From Victivallales bacterium (GTDB taxonomy: Bacteria > Verrucomicrobiota > Lentisphaeria > Victivallales > UBA1829), in contig JAZNXT010000015.1 in NCBI GenBank assembly GCA_045594005.1, positions 13,418 through 77,417 of the forward strand: DNA of 64,000 nt, in the 5' to 3' direction. Shown here in pieces: positions 27,599-36,294 of this stretch (position 1 is the stretch's first letter; every line of letters starts with the position of its first letter). The notes beneath the pieces were generated by a model. The model had not been told where the DNA came from and did no database searches. It worked only from the letters and a program-made list of their open reading frames with translations. The position numbers were made by a program, and so were the translations under genes.

Positions 27599-28873
27599 AT
27601 GATACCTACGATCAATCCCGAAGCAACCCTGCTGAACTGGATTATATTTTGCGGCAGCATCATGCTTGCTGTTTCTGTATCGTTCTGCTGCTCCCTTCTG
27701 GAATCTGCGCTTTTGAGTCTTGGTCCCTCCCAGCTTGCGGAGATCCGTAAAAAGAAAGCGAAACGCGCCGATCTCTGTACAGAATTGAGAAATAATGTTG
27801 AAACACCGTTGGCGGTGATCCTGATCAGCAATACTGCGGCGCATACCATCGGTGCTGCAGTCGCCGGTGCGGAAATTGCCTTTATTTTCGGCAGTGCATG
27901 GCTGGGTGTTTTTACACTGCTTTTTACCCTGATCATGGTCCAGTACACGGAACTTCTGCCTAAAACACTGGGTGTCCGTTTCAATGTTGAGATCATGAGT
28001 GTTGCGGCTCCGATGCTGAATGTGCTGGGATTTGTTTTTCTGCCGTTCATCCGTCTGGCGCACTATCTGAACCGTCCGTTTGAGCCGGAAGATGATGAGT
28101 CCAAACTTTCTGCGACTGCGGAAATTTCCGCGTTGGCGAGTATGGCGCGCAGTACCCGTGAGATCAGTTCCCGTCAGGAACACATCATCAAAGCGGCACC
28201 GCGTCTTTCGGAACAGACGCTTGACCAGCTGATGATCCCGAAAAATCAGATTTCTTTTCTTTCCACCACGCAGAGTGTGATCGATGCCATCAATGTGGCG
28301 CACATGGATTTTCATACCCGTTATCCGGTGTGTGAAAACGGCGACCGCAACGATGTGGTGGGTTATGTGAACTTCAAGGAACTGGTGGCGGCATTCCGAG
28401 CCAGACCGGAAACGATGAAGCTGACGGATATCATCCGCCCCATTGCATTTGTTTCTCCTGAAGATACCGGTGCCGATCTGCTGGAACGCTTTGCGGTGAA
28501 AAATGAACACCTTGCCATTGTGCGCTCCTCCAAAGGTCATACACTGGGATTGGTGACGATGGAAGACATTGTGGAAGAACTTGTGGGGGATCTGGATGAT
28601 GAATTCGACTCCCTTTCCCGAACCTTCTTCTCACCCAACGATGGTGTTTGGGTTATCGGCGGCGGTCTTCAACTTTCCATGGTGGCTTCTGAAACTCATC
28701 TGATGCTGCCGGAAAGCAATATGAACGTTTCCGAATGGTTCTGCAGGAAAATCAAAAGTAAAGATAAAGTCAGACCCGGCGTGACCTACCGCATTGAAAA
28801 TGCAGAGTTCACGGTCCGGAAAGTCCGTCGCGGCAGAGTGATGGAATTCAATCTCCGCCGGATCGACGAATAA
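27599..28873 (+). CDS. CNNM/HlyC-CorC family transporter (DUF21 membrane domain, CBS pair, CorC_HlyC C-terminal domain)
   Basis: 424 aa: an N-terminal four-helix hydrophobic region ending ...TELLPKTLG, a central CBS-like pair (IPKNQISFL..., HLAIVRSSKGHTLGLVTMEDIVEELVG), and a C-terminal beta domain. Confidence 0.8.
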   Translation: MIPTINPEATLLNWIIFCGSIMLAVSVSFCCSLLESALLSLGPSQLAEIRKKKAKRADLCTELRNNVETPLAVILISNTAAHTIGAAVAGAEIAFIFGSAWLGVFTLLFTLIMVQYTELLPKTLGVRFNVEIMSVAAPMLNVLGFVFLPFIRLAHYLNRPFEPEDDESKLSATAEISALASMARSTREISSRQEHIIKAAPRLSEQTLDQLMIPKNQISFLSTTQSVIDAINVAHMDFHTRYPVCENGDRNDVVGYVNFKELVAAFRARPETMKLTDIIRPIAFVSPEDTGADLLERFAVKNEHLAIVRSSKGHTLGLVTMEDIVEELVGDLDDEFDSLSRTFFSPNDGVWVIGGGLQLSMVASETHLMLPESNMNVSEWFCRKIKSKDKVRPGVTYRIENAEFTVRKVRRGRVMEFNLRRIDE

Positions 28874-28893
28874 GATTTTTACAGGATTTGCAG

Positions 28894-28933
28894 CGGGATC
28901 GCTCTGTTTTGCACAGGCGGTCCCGTTTTTTTT
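28894..28933 (+). terminator. Intrinsic terminator after the CNNM gene
   Basis: CGGGATCGC (28894-28902) pairs with GCGGTCCCG (28917-28925), 9 bp including one G-U, followed by T8 (28926-28933). Confidence 0.7.
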
Positions 28934-29045
28934 ATGACAAATCGGCAAACCGTTGTTTTTTGCGGTATTCTGCCTTGATTTTCCTGCTTTCTGTTGTATA
29001 TTTACTCAAATTAAAAAATTTGTTGCAACAGAAACCGGGATAAAA

Positions 29046-30920
29046 ATGAATACGCCGCTGCTGGACCGGATCCGGTCGCCGAAAGATTTGAAAGAACTGG
29101 AACTTCAGGAGTTGACCGCACTCTCTGCCGAGCTGCGGTCCGTGATCCTTGCAACAGTTTCGGAAAATGGCGGACACCTTGCCTCCAATCTGGGAGTGGT
29201 GGAGCTGACCGTGGCACTGCACCGGATCTTTCAGGTGCCGGAAGACCGTATTTTGTGGGATGTGGGGCATCAATCCTATGTCCACAAACTGCTCACCGGC
29301 AGGGCGGAAACATTTCATACATTGCGTAAAACCGGCGGGGTGAGCGGGTTCTGCAATCCGCAGGAATCTCCGTGCGATGCATTTATTTCCGGACATGCAG
29401 GCAATGCGGTTTCTGCCGCAATGGGTATGGTTGTTTCCAACCGGATGGACGGAAAAGACGCTCATGTGGTGGCTGTTTTAGGGGATGGTGCGCTGGTGAA
29501 CGGGATCTCTCTGGAGGCATTGAACAATCTGGAATCTGCCACCGGCAGAATGATCGTGGTGCTGAACGATAATAAAATGTCCATTTCCCACAGCACGGGA
29601 GCCATTCCCCGTTATCTGAACCGCCTGATCACAGGACGCGGCTACAATCAGCTGAAATCCGCCTGTAAACGCTTTCTCGCGAAACTGCCCGGAGGAAAAA
29701 AGATGATCCGCGGGATCCAACGGTGGGAAAGTGCAGTAAAAAATCTGGTGGTGCCTGCAACATTTTTTGAGGAAATGGGGATCCGGTATGTGGGACCTAT
29801 TGACGGGCATGACCTGAAAACACTGATCAGAACTTTTGACCGGGTCCGGGATTTCACCCGCCCCGTGCTGGTGCATGTGATCACGGAAAAAGGACACGGC
29901 TGCGATTATGCCATGCGCGCGCCGGAACAATATCACGGAGTTTCCGCTTTCGATCCGGCAAACGGGAATGTCCGGACTGTTTCCGGGAAAATGACTTTTT
30001 CCAATACTTTCGGGGAAACATTGTTTGCGTTGGCTCAAAAAGACCCACGGGTCGTTGCCATTACTGCGGCAATGGCGTCCGGCTGCGGGATCACAAAAGA
30101 TTTTGTTCATGCGTTTCCCGACCGTTTTTTTGATGTGGGGATCGCCGAAGAACACGCGTTGATTTTTGCTGCCGGTCTTGCTGCCGGAGGAAAACGCCCC
30201 GTAGTTGCCATGTATGCCACATTCCTGCAGCGGGCGTTGGATTGTGTGTTTCATGATATCTGCCTGCAAAATCTGCCGGTCCTGCTGTGTATCGACCGTG
30301 CGGGGATCGTGGAGGATGGTCCGACGCATCACGGGATCCAGGATCTCGGTTTTCTCGGAGCCATGCCCAATCTGGCGATCCTGACTCCGGAAAATGAATC
30401 TGTCCTCGCAGAAATGATGCACCTTGCATTGGAACAGGATCACCCGGTGGCGATCCGCTATCCCAGAGGAAATTCCGGACCTGCGGCAGAGATCAAGGCT
30501 CCGCCTGTCCGCTGGGGACATTCCTGCTGTCTGCGCGAAGGCACCGATCTGGCGATCTGGGCAAGCGGGAAGGAAGCCGGAGCTGCATTGGAAACGGCTT
30601 TGATCCTGGAACAGCAATACGGTCTTTCCTGTGCCGTTTACAGTGTGCGTTTCCTGAAGCCTTTTGACCGTGAGGCATTTCTTGCCTGCGCACAAAAAAT
30701 GCCGGTCGTCACGCTGGAAGATCACAGTTTGCACGGCGGGCTTGCAGATATTGCCGCACGGATCCTTGCGGATGTGCATCATTGCGGATTCTTTTCCTTC
30801 GGATGGGATCCGGAAAAGATCGTTCCCCACGGGTCAGGCGCGGAGTTGCGGAAAAATGCGGGTCTGCTCCCCGGACAGATCGCGGAAACATTGAATCAGA
30901 AGATCAGAAAAATTAAATAA
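29046..30920 (+). CDS. dxs: 1-deoxy-D-xylulose-5-phosphate synthase
   Basis: MNTPLLDRIRSPKDLKEL..., GGHLASNLGVVELTVALH, ILWDVGHQSYVHKLLTGR, GDGALVNG. Start set at ATG 29046; the 31-aa upstream extension in the track is rejected. Confidence 0.95.
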   Translation: MNTPLLDRIRSPKDLKELELQELTALSAELRSVILATVSENGGHLASNLGVVELTVALHRIFQVPEDRILWDVGHQSYVHKLLTGRAETFHTLRKTGGVSGFCNPQESPCDAFISGHAGNAVSAAMGMVVSNRMDGKDAHVVAVLGDGALVNGISLEALNNLESATGRMIVVLNDNKMSISHSTGAIPRYLNRLITGRGYNQLKSACKRFLAKLPGGKKMIRGIQRWESAVKNLVVPATFFEEMGIRYVGPIDGHDLKTLIRTFDRVRDFTRPVLVHVITEKGHGCDYAMRAPEQYHGVSAFDPANGNVRTVSGKMTFSNTFGETLFALAQKDPRVVAITAAMASGCGITKDFVHAFPDRFFDVGIAEEHALIFAAGLAAGGKRPVVAMYATFLQRALDCVFHDICLQNLPVLLCIDRAGIVEDGPTHHGIQDLGFLGAMPNLAILTPENESVLAEMMHLALEQDHPVAIRYPRGNSGPAAEIKAPPVRWGHSCCLREGTDLAIWASGKEAGAALETALILEQQYGLSCAVYSVRFLKPFDREAFLACAQKMPVVTLEDHSLHGGLADIAARILADVHHCGFFSFGWDPEKIVPHGSGAELRKNAGLLPGQIAETLNQKIRKIK

Positions 30921-30932
30921 TGAGGTGATGTG

Positions 30933-33911
30933 ATGAAAATTGTAAGCAGTCTGTGTAAAATCCCCCTGCTGGTCCTGACAGCAGCATATCTGTTGATGCC
31001 GTGTGCGGCGGCAGAAAAGAGCGGATCGTCCAAACGCGGAAAATCCGGTGGAGAAGATGAAGGGATCGTGATCAAGCGTGAGATCAAGATGAGCGAAGTG
31101 CCTTATCTTTCCACCTACTACATTCAGCCGATCGTATCCCACAAAGAAAAAATCAGGATCAGTTTTTATGTGACGGACTGGTGGCAGTCGGAATACCGTC
31201 TGCTGGATTTCAGTCACCGTTTCGATGTTACGCTCACTTACGGGAAAGATGAAAATCCCGATGAACATGTGAAAGTGATGAAGGGGATCAAAGGCGGCGA
31301 TCATACCTTTGAGATCGATCCACTGCCTACCGGGACCTATTATCTGGCACTTCATGTGGTGGATCAGCACGGACGGCACGGCAGATCCCTTTTTCACGAA
31401 TTCCGTGTGTTGAATCTGGAGAAATTTGCCATTACGGAAGAACAGACCTATCGTATGAAAGAATCGGATCTGAAAAAATTTGATATTCACAATAAGGATA
31501 CAGCCGGATCCATCCATTTCTTCGACGCCACCGGAAAAGATTGGAAGACCACACAGAAAATGGCTGAAGAACTTGCCAAAACGATGAAACCGGAAAGCAA
31601 AAAATATCTGGTGATCGCCGGCGGTGAAAAATATGATCCGGAAAAAAATAAAAATCATCGCGGCGCAAATAACGCCCCGCAGCCGGAATGGCTCCCCAAT
31701 TCCTGGGGATGGAAAAGCTGCAAAGTTCTTTTTGCTCCGGACTACAATTTTGAAGCGGTGGAAAACCGTGCCATCCGCAATGGTGACCGTCTGAATATGC
31801 TGATCCGCGCGGCAGTGCGGAAAAATTACCGGAAACTTGTTCTGCTTCCGGGCGTTTACCGTATTTCCAATACGACACCGATCATCGTTCCGAAAAATTT
31901 CACCCTTGACCTGAATGGTGCGACCATCAAGATGAACCGTTTTGCCGGATCCGGTGCCACGATCATGGAAATCCAGAACGGCTACGATTCCCACATTGTG
32001 AACGGGATCGTGGAAGGGGATTATTTTGAACACGATTACGAAAATTCCCCCAACAGTTCCGAATGGGTCTGCGGGATCGGTATGAAGGGCGACTGCCGCT
32101 ATTCCAGCTACGAGCGTGTTCTGGTGCGCTACATTACCGGATACGGTGTGAGTCACGGATTCAGCGGACAGTTTACGCAGGCGCGGAAATTCCCCGGGAT
32201 CAACAAGGGGACTGTGGATTTGAAGACGGGCGAATATCTGCCGGAGAAGGAGAATTTTTATGTGACCGATCCATTGGATATCGTGGATTTCTCCTACAAC
32301 GGCGGCTATATGACAGCATCCAAACTGCTGGGGTATCAGGGGATCGGTGCCGATGAATGGAATTTGATGTATCATTTTTATGATGCGGACAACAAATATC
32401 TGGAAACGATCCACGGCGCACAATACCGCCGTGTGCGTATCCCCACCGGCGCACAGTATGTCCGCGTGACATCCTGGGGACCGCCGATCATTTTCAGTGC
32501 AAATATGTTCCGTATGCCCTGGAACAGTTGGTACGAAGATGTATTCATTCTCAGTGCGCGTTGCGTGGGTATGGCTCCGGGAGCCATGTATAACTTCAAG
32601 ATAGCAAACTGTTCCTTCGTGCGCAGCGGCGAAAATCTGGCGAAATGTGCCTTTGACGCGGAAGACGGCTGGGATATGGTGCAGGATACCTGGATGTATC
32701 GCAATAAATTCTTCAAAAACCCGTTGAATGAACTGCTTACCTGTTCCGGACACAACTTTATTTTTGAAGACAACGAAGGAAAGATCTATCTATGGGAGCG
32801 CACCAATGCCTATGTGATCCGCAATAACGAATTTTACAGCGGATTTTTCGGCAGCGGCGGCCGTACCAGATCGCTGTATCCCCGTATCACCAACAATACC
32901 TTTATCAAAAGCGTGCAATTCTGCCGTCCGCCTAAAATCAAAACCAAAGGTCAGGGCGGTGCAGATGACGGCGGATCTAAAGTGGATGTGGCTGCTTTGC
33001 TGGCTCCCGGTGATGTGGAAAACCGTAACGCCGCAGAAGTTTCCGACGGGATTGATCCCAATGATGCCGATGCCGAAAGAGAAAAAGCCGAAAAAGAAGA
33101 AAAGGAACGGAAAGAAAAAGATTTCCTGCTGGATACCTGGTTCGTGGCGATGCACGATGTGGACAGCAGCCGGATCAAAACCATCGGTTGCGGCGTGAAC
33201 GGGCTTCTGGTGAAAGCAAAACTGGATGGCGGGAAATACCGCGCGCTGAACCTGCTGAAAAGCTCGGTGAAAAATTCAGAAGTCCAGTTCGCCGGATCCA
33301 AAATGTATTACAGCACACTGGAAAAAGTGACCGGGCGTGTCTATGGCGATCTGCTCATGGTGGGATGCAATGTGAAAGAATTATCATCCGGTCTGGGGCC
33401 GGAAAGTTCAGTGGTGATCCGCGATTGCAAGATCAAAAATCTGACCTTTTCCTATTCCTACTGGACCAATCCCGGAAAAGTGAAATTCATCAACTGTACC
33501 ATCGACAATGATGACAAGACGCTGCTGCGCATTCCCTCCTATTCTGTGGGTGATATCCAGTTCATCGATTGCAAAATTGATACCGGAAAAGCTCCGCTGA
33601 TGGAGGTGTATGATATGCGTCCCAGTCCCGGTGATGCCATCGATGGAACAGTTACTTTCCAAAATTGTGATGTCAGAACCAGAGCCTCCCGGGTCGTCAA
33701 ACTGCCTGAAACTCTCCAGGAAACAAAAAAGAATGTCACATTCAAAAGTGAAGGCAGCACATTCAATACCGCTCTGATCGGAGAAATGCCGCCCGCATGG
33801 ATCATTTCCGCCAAAGATAAAAACGGCAGACATGTCCGCTCCTCCTCTCTTCAGAAACAGGAACGCAGCAGCAGTAAAGACCGTAAATCCAAACGCAACA
33901 AAAGACGGTGA
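30933..33911 (+). CDS. Large secreted protein with probable right-handed beta-helix (pectate-lyase-fold) region; function unknown
   Basis: 992 aa with signal-like MKIVSSLCKIPLLVLTAAYLLMPCAAA and beta-helix-like repeats (FTLDLNGATIKMNRF..., IVNGIVEGD, ANCSFVRSGENL, IRNNEFYSG, ITNNTFI). Also an acidic/basic low-complexity insert and a basic C-terminal tail KDRKSKRNKRR. ATG 30933 follows GAGGTGA. Confidence 0.5.
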   Translation: MKIVSSLCKIPLLVLTAAYLLMPCAAAEKSGSSKRGKSGGEDEGIVIKREIKMSEVPYLSTYYIQPIVSHKEKIRISFYVTDWWQSEYRLLDFSHRFDVTLTYGKDENPDEHVKVMKGIKGGDHTFEIDPLPTGTYYLALHVVDQHGRHGRSLFHEFRVLNLEKFAITEEQTYRMKESDLKKFDIHNKDTAGSIHFFDATGKDWKTTQKMAEELAKTMKPESKKYLVIAGGEKYDPEKNKNHRGANNAPQPEWLPNSWGWKSCKVLFAPDYNFEAVENRAIRNGDRLNMLIRAAVRKNYRKLVLLPGVYRISNTTPIIVPKNFTLDLNGATIKMNRFAGSGATIMEIQNGYDSHIVNGIVEGDYFEHDYENSPNSSEWVCGIGMKGDCRYSSYERVLVRYITGYGVSHGFSGQFTQARKFPGINKGTVDLKTGEYLPEKENFYVTDPLDIVDFSYNGGYMTASKLLGYQGIGADEWNLMYHFYDADNKYLETIHGAQYRRVRIPTGAQYVRVTSWGPPIIFSANMFRMPWNSWYEDVFILSARCVGMAPGAMYNFKIANCSFVRSGENLAKCAFDAEDGWDMVQDTWMYRNKFFKNPLNELLTCSGHNFIFEDNEGKIYLWERTNAYVIRNNEFYSGFFGSGGRTRSLYPRITNNTFIKSVQFCRPPKIKTKGQGGADDGGSKVDVAALLAPGDVENRNAAEVSDGIDPNDADAEREKAEKEEKERKEKDFLLDTWFVAMHDVDSSRIKTIGCGVNGLLVKAKLDGGKYRALNLLKSSVKNSEVQFAGSKMYYSTLEKVTGRVYGDLLMVGCNVKELSSGLGPESSVVIRDCKIKNLTFSYSYWTNPGKVKFINCTIDNDDKTLLRIPSYSVGDIQFIDCKIDTGKAPLMEVYDMRPSPGDAIDGTVTFQNCDVRTRASRVVKLPETLQETKKNVTFKSEGSTFNTALIGEMPPAWIISAKDKNGRHVRSSSLQKQERSSSKDRKSKRNKRR

Positions 33912-33984
33912 TCCTCCGGCAGGTTTTTTGTACGGAGGACAGATGGGTACGGAGAAAAAAAACTTCGGATTACGCCTCATCCGC

Positions 33985-34028
33985 GTCCCATAAGTCCCAT
34001 AAGTCCCATAAGTCCCAGATGTCCTCCC
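33985..34028. repeat. 9-bp tandem repeat (GTCCCATAA x3 plus two degenerate copies)
   Basis: GTCCCATAA at 33985, 33994 and 34003; GTCCCAGAT at 34012; GTCCTCCC at 34021. Intergenic, between convergent genes. Confidence 0.8.
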
Positions 34029-34190
34029 GAAAATAAAAATCCCCCCTGCGCAGGCTTCAAGCAAGCGGCAAGCGCAGCTGAAAAGCCTTTCCCGGATCGG
34101 TGGCTCAACTGCGCTCCGCTTGTTTGCCACAGGCGGCACGCGAAGCGAGAGCCGCCCGATCCAAAAAAGCGTCAAAAAAAACGCTGAATA

Positions 34191-35207
34191 TCAGGGAGTC
34201 AGGAGTTGTTTCAGTTCGGGATCCCGGGCAATTTCTGCGGGTGTTTTCTGACTTCTGCCGAGATTTGCTTTCTGCGACAGGAGTTTTTTACCGGCTCCGC
34301 GTTTCAGGAGCAATTCTGCCATGGCGCGGCTGTTTTTCATTGCGGCAAGATGGAATACATTGGTATTTGCTTTGTCGCAACGGTTCAGATCCGCACCATG
34401 ATCCAACAGTAATTCCGTCACTGCGGGATCCCGGTGAAAATAAACTGCGTAATGGATGGGATAGACCTGATACTGTTCCTGAACGGGAGCATTGATATCC
34501 ACGCCGGATTTCAGGAGTTTTTTCAGGATTTCGACCGGTGCATTTTTTTGCAGGGCAACACCGAGAATGGCATTTTTTTCTTGTTTTTTCAATGTCTTCA
34601 AAACGCCTTTTTCAATCAGGATATCGGCTCCCTCCGGATTGTTGGATTGAAATGCAACGGAAAGAACATGTACTCCGAAATGATCATGCGCAGTCAGATT
34701 TTTTCCATGTGCCAGCGCACGGACTTTTTCGTTATCGCCACTTTTGACAGCGGTAATGATCTCCGGCAGAGGCTGCAGTGATTTTTCAAGGACATCCAGA
34801 TAATTCGGACGGAATCCGCCGATCCGCGTGATCTCCTCCCCATCTGCCGTCAACAGGACCGCTGTGGGATATCCGCCGCCTTTCATATATTTCCGCTGTA
34901 AATCTTTGTTATGCTGAATCTGCTCCTGAGAAAGTTTTTTTCTCTGGGGGAAATCCACATAAACCGGGACGATGTTTTTTTTGGCAAAATCTTTGAATTC
35001 CTGTTTTTCAAAAACATCTTTTTTCAGCTTAATACACCAGCCGCACCAATCGGAACCGGTGAAAAGCAGCATGATTTTTTTGTTCTGCTTCTGCGCCAGT
35101 GCTTTAGCCTGTTCAAAGTCCGTCAGCCATCCTTCCGGAGCGGTTGCTCCCAGGATCACAGCGCAGAAAAGCAATACCGCCGTCAAGATTTTTTTCATCA
35201 TTTTCAC
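34191..35207 (-). CDS. Secreted thioredoxin-fold domain fused to ankyrin repeats
   Basis: Signal-like MKMMKKILTAVLLFCAVILGA, thioredoxin-like LLFTGSDWCGWCIKLKKDVF (CxxC), and a C-terminal half with ankyrin-type repeats (YPIHYAVYFHRDPAVTELLLDHGADLNRCD, NVFHLAAMKNSRAMAELLLKRGAG). Confidence 0.65.
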   Translation of the reverse strand: MKMMKKILTAVLLFCAVILGATAPEGWLTDFEQAKALAQKQNKKIMLLFTGSDWCGWCIKLKKDVFEKQEFKDFAKKNIVPVYVDFPQRKKLSQEQIQHNKDLQRKYMKGGGYPTAVLLTADGEEITRIGGFRPNYLDVLEKSLQPLPEIITAVKSGDNEKVRALAHGKNLTAHDHFGVHVLSVAFQSNNPEGADILIEKGVLKTLKKQEKNAILGVALQKNAPVEILKKLLKSGVDINAPVQEQYQVYPIHYAVYFHRDPAVTELLLDHGADLNRCDKANTNVFHLAAMKNSRAMAELLLKRGAGKKLLSQKANLGRSQKTPAEIARDPELKQLLTP

Positions 35208-35247
35208 TTACTCCTTATTATTTTTTTGTGTTGAAGAAAAAAACGGG

Positions 35248-36120
35248 TCATGCGTTGCCGCTTAAAGCGATCGCGCGTTTGATCCCGATTACGATTTTTT
35301 CCATTTCCGCTTTTACGGCAGCAGATTCTTCCAGACCTTCCGCGATCCTGCCTTCATCGCAATTTTTCAGGAACACGGGATCCATGGGGACCTGTGCCAG
35401 CAGGGGGATCTCAAAGTGATCTGCCAGTTTCTGACCGCCGCCGGAAGAAAAGAGATCATGCCGTGTGCTGCAGGAGGGGCAGACGAATCCGCTCATATTT
35501 TCCACGATCCCCAATACCGGCACGCCGACCTGTTCGCAGAAATCCAGACATTTGCGGCAATCCGCCAGTGAAACTTCCTGCGGGGTGGTCACCATCACAG
35601 CCTGCTTGTCGCCGGTGATCAGCTGACACGCAGAAAGGACTTCGTCGCCGGTTCCCGGAGGAAAGTCGAGGATCAGAAAATCCAGATCATCACCCCAGTT
35701 GACTTCTTCAAAAAGCTGTTTCAGCACGCCGATCTTTGCGGGACCGCGCCAGATCACGGCAGTATCGGCATCTTCCACCAGCAGACCGAGGGAGACCAGT
35801 TTCACGCCTGCGGCTTCTGCGGGGATCAGCCCTTCTTCATTGGCGTTCATGCGATAGTGTTTCAGATTGAAAAGTGTGGGTTGGGAGGGACCGTGAAAAT
35901 CCACATCCAGCAGAGCCACTTTGTATCCGGCTTTCACCAGCGAAACGGCAATGGATGCCGCCATGGTGCTTTTGCCGACACCGCCTTTGCCGGAAAGGAC
36001 CATCAGTTTGTGTTTGATCTTGTCAAGTCTGGATGGTTTCTGTTCTGCTTTGCGGTCGGAGCAGGACTGACCGCAGGAACTGCAATCGTGTGTACATTCG
36101 CTCATGTTATCATTCCTCAT
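35248..36120 (-). CDS. Mrp/NBP35/ApbC-family Fe-S cluster carrier ATPase
   Basis: Deviant Walker A VLSGKGGVGKST, FPPGTGD, CPxC-like FVCPSC, and an N-terminal Cys-rich CTHDCSSCGQSC. Confidence 0.85.
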   Translation of the reverse strand: MRNDNMSECTHDCSSCGQSCSDRKAEQKPSRLDKIKHKLMVLSGKGGVGKSTMAASIAVSLVKAGYKVALLDVDFHGPSQPTLFNLKHYRMNANEEGLIPAEAAGVKLVSLGLLVEDADTAVIWRGPAKIGVLKQLFEEVNWGDDLDFLILDFPPGTGDEVLSACQLITGDKQAVMVTTPQEVSLADCRKCLDFCEQVGVPVLGIVENMSGFVCPSCSTRHDLFSSGGGQKLADHFEIPLLAQVPMDPVFLKNCDEGRIAEGLEESAAVKAEMEKIVIGIKRAIALSGNA

Positions 36121-36294
36121 TTTTGATGATGCTTTCCATAATATACACCTTCACGGAGTTTTTTCAAATCTGCCCCGGTTGCACATCAGCTTTTTTCTGT
36201 GAAAAAACAGTTTTTTACAGTTGAATTTTTACGGGATTCGTGCTATCTTTACTTTCCAGTGATAACTTTATTGAAATACGGAAAGAACTTGATC

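Noticed and set aside
33408-34175. 255-aa minus-strand ORF containing GTYGTYGTYGT
   Set aside because: It is mostly antisense to the 3' end of the beta-helix gene. It then runs through the 9-bp tandem repeat, which creates the GTY repeat. There is no start context.
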